Notes under the pieces: generated by a model
The model's database searches: none
Told to the model about the DNA's origin: nothing
What the model saw: only the letters and a program-made list of their open reading frames with translations
Source of the DNA: an uncultured Candidatus Saccharibacteria bacterium
GTDB taxonomy: Bacteria; Patescibacteriota; Minisyncoccia; Phycocordibacterales; PALSA-1337
Length of the DNA: 64,000 bases
Assembly (NCBI GenBank): GCA_964532285.1
Contig: CAZHHB010000004.1
Coordinates: forward strand, 425 to 64,424
Direction of reading: 5' to 3'
Shown: in pieces, positions 61,717 through 64,000 of the stretch
How the letters are laid out: each line of letters begins with the position of its first letter
Numbering within the stretch: the first letter of the stretch is position 1
Made by a program: the position numbers and the translations under genes

Positions 61717-61760
61717 ACCAAGATCAGATCTAGGTATACCGAGATCGGATCTTGGTATAA
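61717..61760. repeat. Twin-palindrome intergenic repeat, copy 6 (slightly degenerate)
   Basis: ACCAAGATCAGATCTAGG-TATA-CCGAGATCGGATCTTGG, 3 nt after the stop at 61714. Confidence 0.8.
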
Positions 61761-61848
61761 CACCTATCCACAGCCTGTCACTTGCGACGGGCATTCAATG
61801 CTATAATTAGAGGATTACAAGAGTAATTACTAGTTAAACAAAATAAAC

Positions 61849-62529
61849 ATGATGTTCGTTCAAAATTGGAGTGATGCTCTAACGCAATCGCTTCTCAATG
61901 TGTGGGGTGGGGTCATAAGTTTTGTACCAGGTCTCATTCTCGCTATTATTATCTTTGCTATCGGCTGGGTTTTGTCAGCGCTAGTCGAGAAGCTCGTAGA
62001 GAGTATTTTCAAGAGCTTGAAAGTCGACGCTGCTTTGAAAAGTGCCGGACTTGAGGATGTCGTCAAGCGAGCAGGACACAATTTGAATTCTGGATTATTC
62101 GTCGGTGTCCTTGTTAAATGGTTTGTCATAGTTGTGTTCTTGATGGCGGCATTTGACAGTATTGGATTAAATCAGGTCACACTATTTCTCAGTGATGTCG
62201 TCAGTTATCTTCCAGAAGTTATCGTAGCAGTCCTCATATTGATGGTGGCGGTTATTGTCGCCAATGCTATGCATAGGATCGTTGTTGCTAGTTCACGCGC
62301 AGCCAATATCAAGTCGGCTGAACTTCTCGGAAATGTTACCAAGTGGGCAATCTGGATCTTTGCTATTCTCACAGCTTTGTACAACCTCGGTGTTGCACCA
62401 GGATTGATACAGACTATTGTGATGGCAGTATTTGCCGGAGCAGGATTGGCTCTAGGTCTAGCGTTTGGTCTCGGTGGCAGGGATGCTGCTCAGAAGATTA
62501 TTGAGAGGACTATGCGTAATGTAGAATAG
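61849..62529 (+). CDS. Conserved membrane protein with tandem TM-helix repeats (MscS-associated 'TM_helix'-like)
   Basis: Two similar halves 'GLILAIIIFAIGWVLSALVEKLVESIFKSL' / 'VIVAVLILMVAVIVANAMHRIVVASSRAANI', and a Gly/Ala-rich C-terminal TM. Confidence 0.45.
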   Translation: MMFVQNWSDALTQSLLNVWGGVISFVPGLILAIIIFAIGWVLSALVEKLVESIFKSLKVDAALKSAGLEDVVKRAGHNLNSGLFVGVLVKWFVIVVFLMAAFDSIGLNQVTLFLSDVVSYLPEVIVAVLILMVAVIVANAMHRIVVASSRAANIKSAELLGNVTKWAIWIFAILTALYNLGVAPGLIQTIVMAVFAGAGLALGLAFGLGGRDAAQKIIERTMRNVE

Positions 62530-62548
62530 TAGTAGTAAATAGAAATCA

Positions 62549-62577
62549 AAAATCCCCCTTTGAAAGGGGGATTTTTG
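62549..62577 (+). terminator. Rho-independent terminator
   Basis: AAAATCCCCCTTTGAAAGGGGGATTTTTG. Confidence 0.7.
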
Positions 62578-62581
62578 ATAG

Positions 62582-62617
62582 CAAGGTCGGACCTAGGGAC
62601 TCTTAGGTCCGACCTTG
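62582..62617. repeat. Inverted pair of AGGTCGGACCT-type palindromes (CAAGGTCGGACCTA-GGGACTCT-TAGGTCCGACCTTG)
   Basis: The same 11-nt palindrome AGGTCGGACCT is also at 33302-33312 and 48389-48399. Confidence 0.8.
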
Positions 62618-62643
62618 CGACTCTCCCCATACTATCCACCTAT

Positions 62644-62672
62644 TGACTTATATAATGGCTAGTATATACTCG
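62644..62672 (+). promoter_or_regulatory. Candidate rRNA promoter (TTGACT-16-TATACT)
   Basis: TTGACTTATATAATGGCTAGTATATACT, about 300 nt upstream of the 23S 5' end. Confidence 0.35.
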
Positions 62673-62979
62673 TATCTTACAGAATGATAATCATGTTAAA
62701 CCACTCAAAGACGCGGCCATAGCCACACTCCTTATGGGGCGTAGCTTGTAGCCGCTGAATAAAGCGGTTTTTCATTTCCAGGAGGAAAGCAGTTTGAAAA
62801 TTTCATACCAAAAGAAAGTAAAGAGTTCGTTTTTATTGAGTAAATAAAAATTGAACGGCTTATTCATTTTTCGGGTCGAAAGATGGGTAGGTGTGGATGT
62901 AGGTTTATAGCCCTACGACGCTCTGCTTTGCAGAGCTAAGAAGGGCAAGAACACACAGCGGTGTGTGGATTTCCTAGTA

Positions 62980-64000
<1,021 letters not shown>

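Overview
This window reads as a chromosomal segment of a small, AT-rich bacterial genome, roughly 35-40% GC by eye. The gene content would fit a Candidate Phyla Radiation / Patescibacteria-like organism, but that assignment is inference. Several features point that way: frequent TTG/GTG starts, archaeal/eukaryote-type GlyRS and IleRS, a large LVIVD-repeat surface protein, and a 23S rRNA gene with its own promoter and no adjacent 16S. The standard genetic code fits throughout.

Housekeeping genes:
- tRNA-His
- secE-nusG-rplK, and separately rplJ-rplL on the opposite strand 40 kb away
- rpsF-ssb-rpsR, efp, recA, ftsK, recO
- argS, ileS, glyQS, metG, tatD
- folD, glyA, thyA, a DHFR-family gene, dCMP deaminase
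- a DsbA/VKOR pair, an M16 peptidase, an AI-2E transporter
- the 5' ~1 kb of 23S rRNA

Accessory and unusual content:
1. A complete diversity-generating retroelement (16.9-19.6 kb). Its 127-bp VR and TR differ at 18 positions, all of them TR adenines. It also has an Avd-like gene and an RT carrying the DGR-type 'LGNLTSQ' and 'YADD' motifs. The target gene is GC-rich.
2. A GC-rich 3.2-kb island encoding a PurC-PurE fusion plus PurB. It is flanked by 29-bp direct repeats of a promoter/leader sequence.
3. A translationally coupled GHKL-ATPase plus STAS-like (DUF4325-type) gene pair, with an upstream inverted-repeat operator.
4. An IleRS carrying a histidine-phosphatase (RHG) domain of about 190 aa inserted in its catalytic core.
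5. HicBA next to a duplicated tRNA-His 3' end, and a RelBE-like pair next to recA.
6. Several intergenic repeat families:
   - a twin-palindrome CCAAGATCSGATCTTGG element in 6 copies
   - a composite TTATCAGGAATTTATCT repeat
   - a ~110-bp conserved core nested in the loops of two unrelated long palindromes
   - AGGTCGGACCT palindromes
7. A 48-nt near-identical in-frame element at the 5' ends of metG and recA.
8. A three-component regulatory cluster (receiver / histidine kinase / receiver) whose kinase has 78-bp tandem coding repeats.
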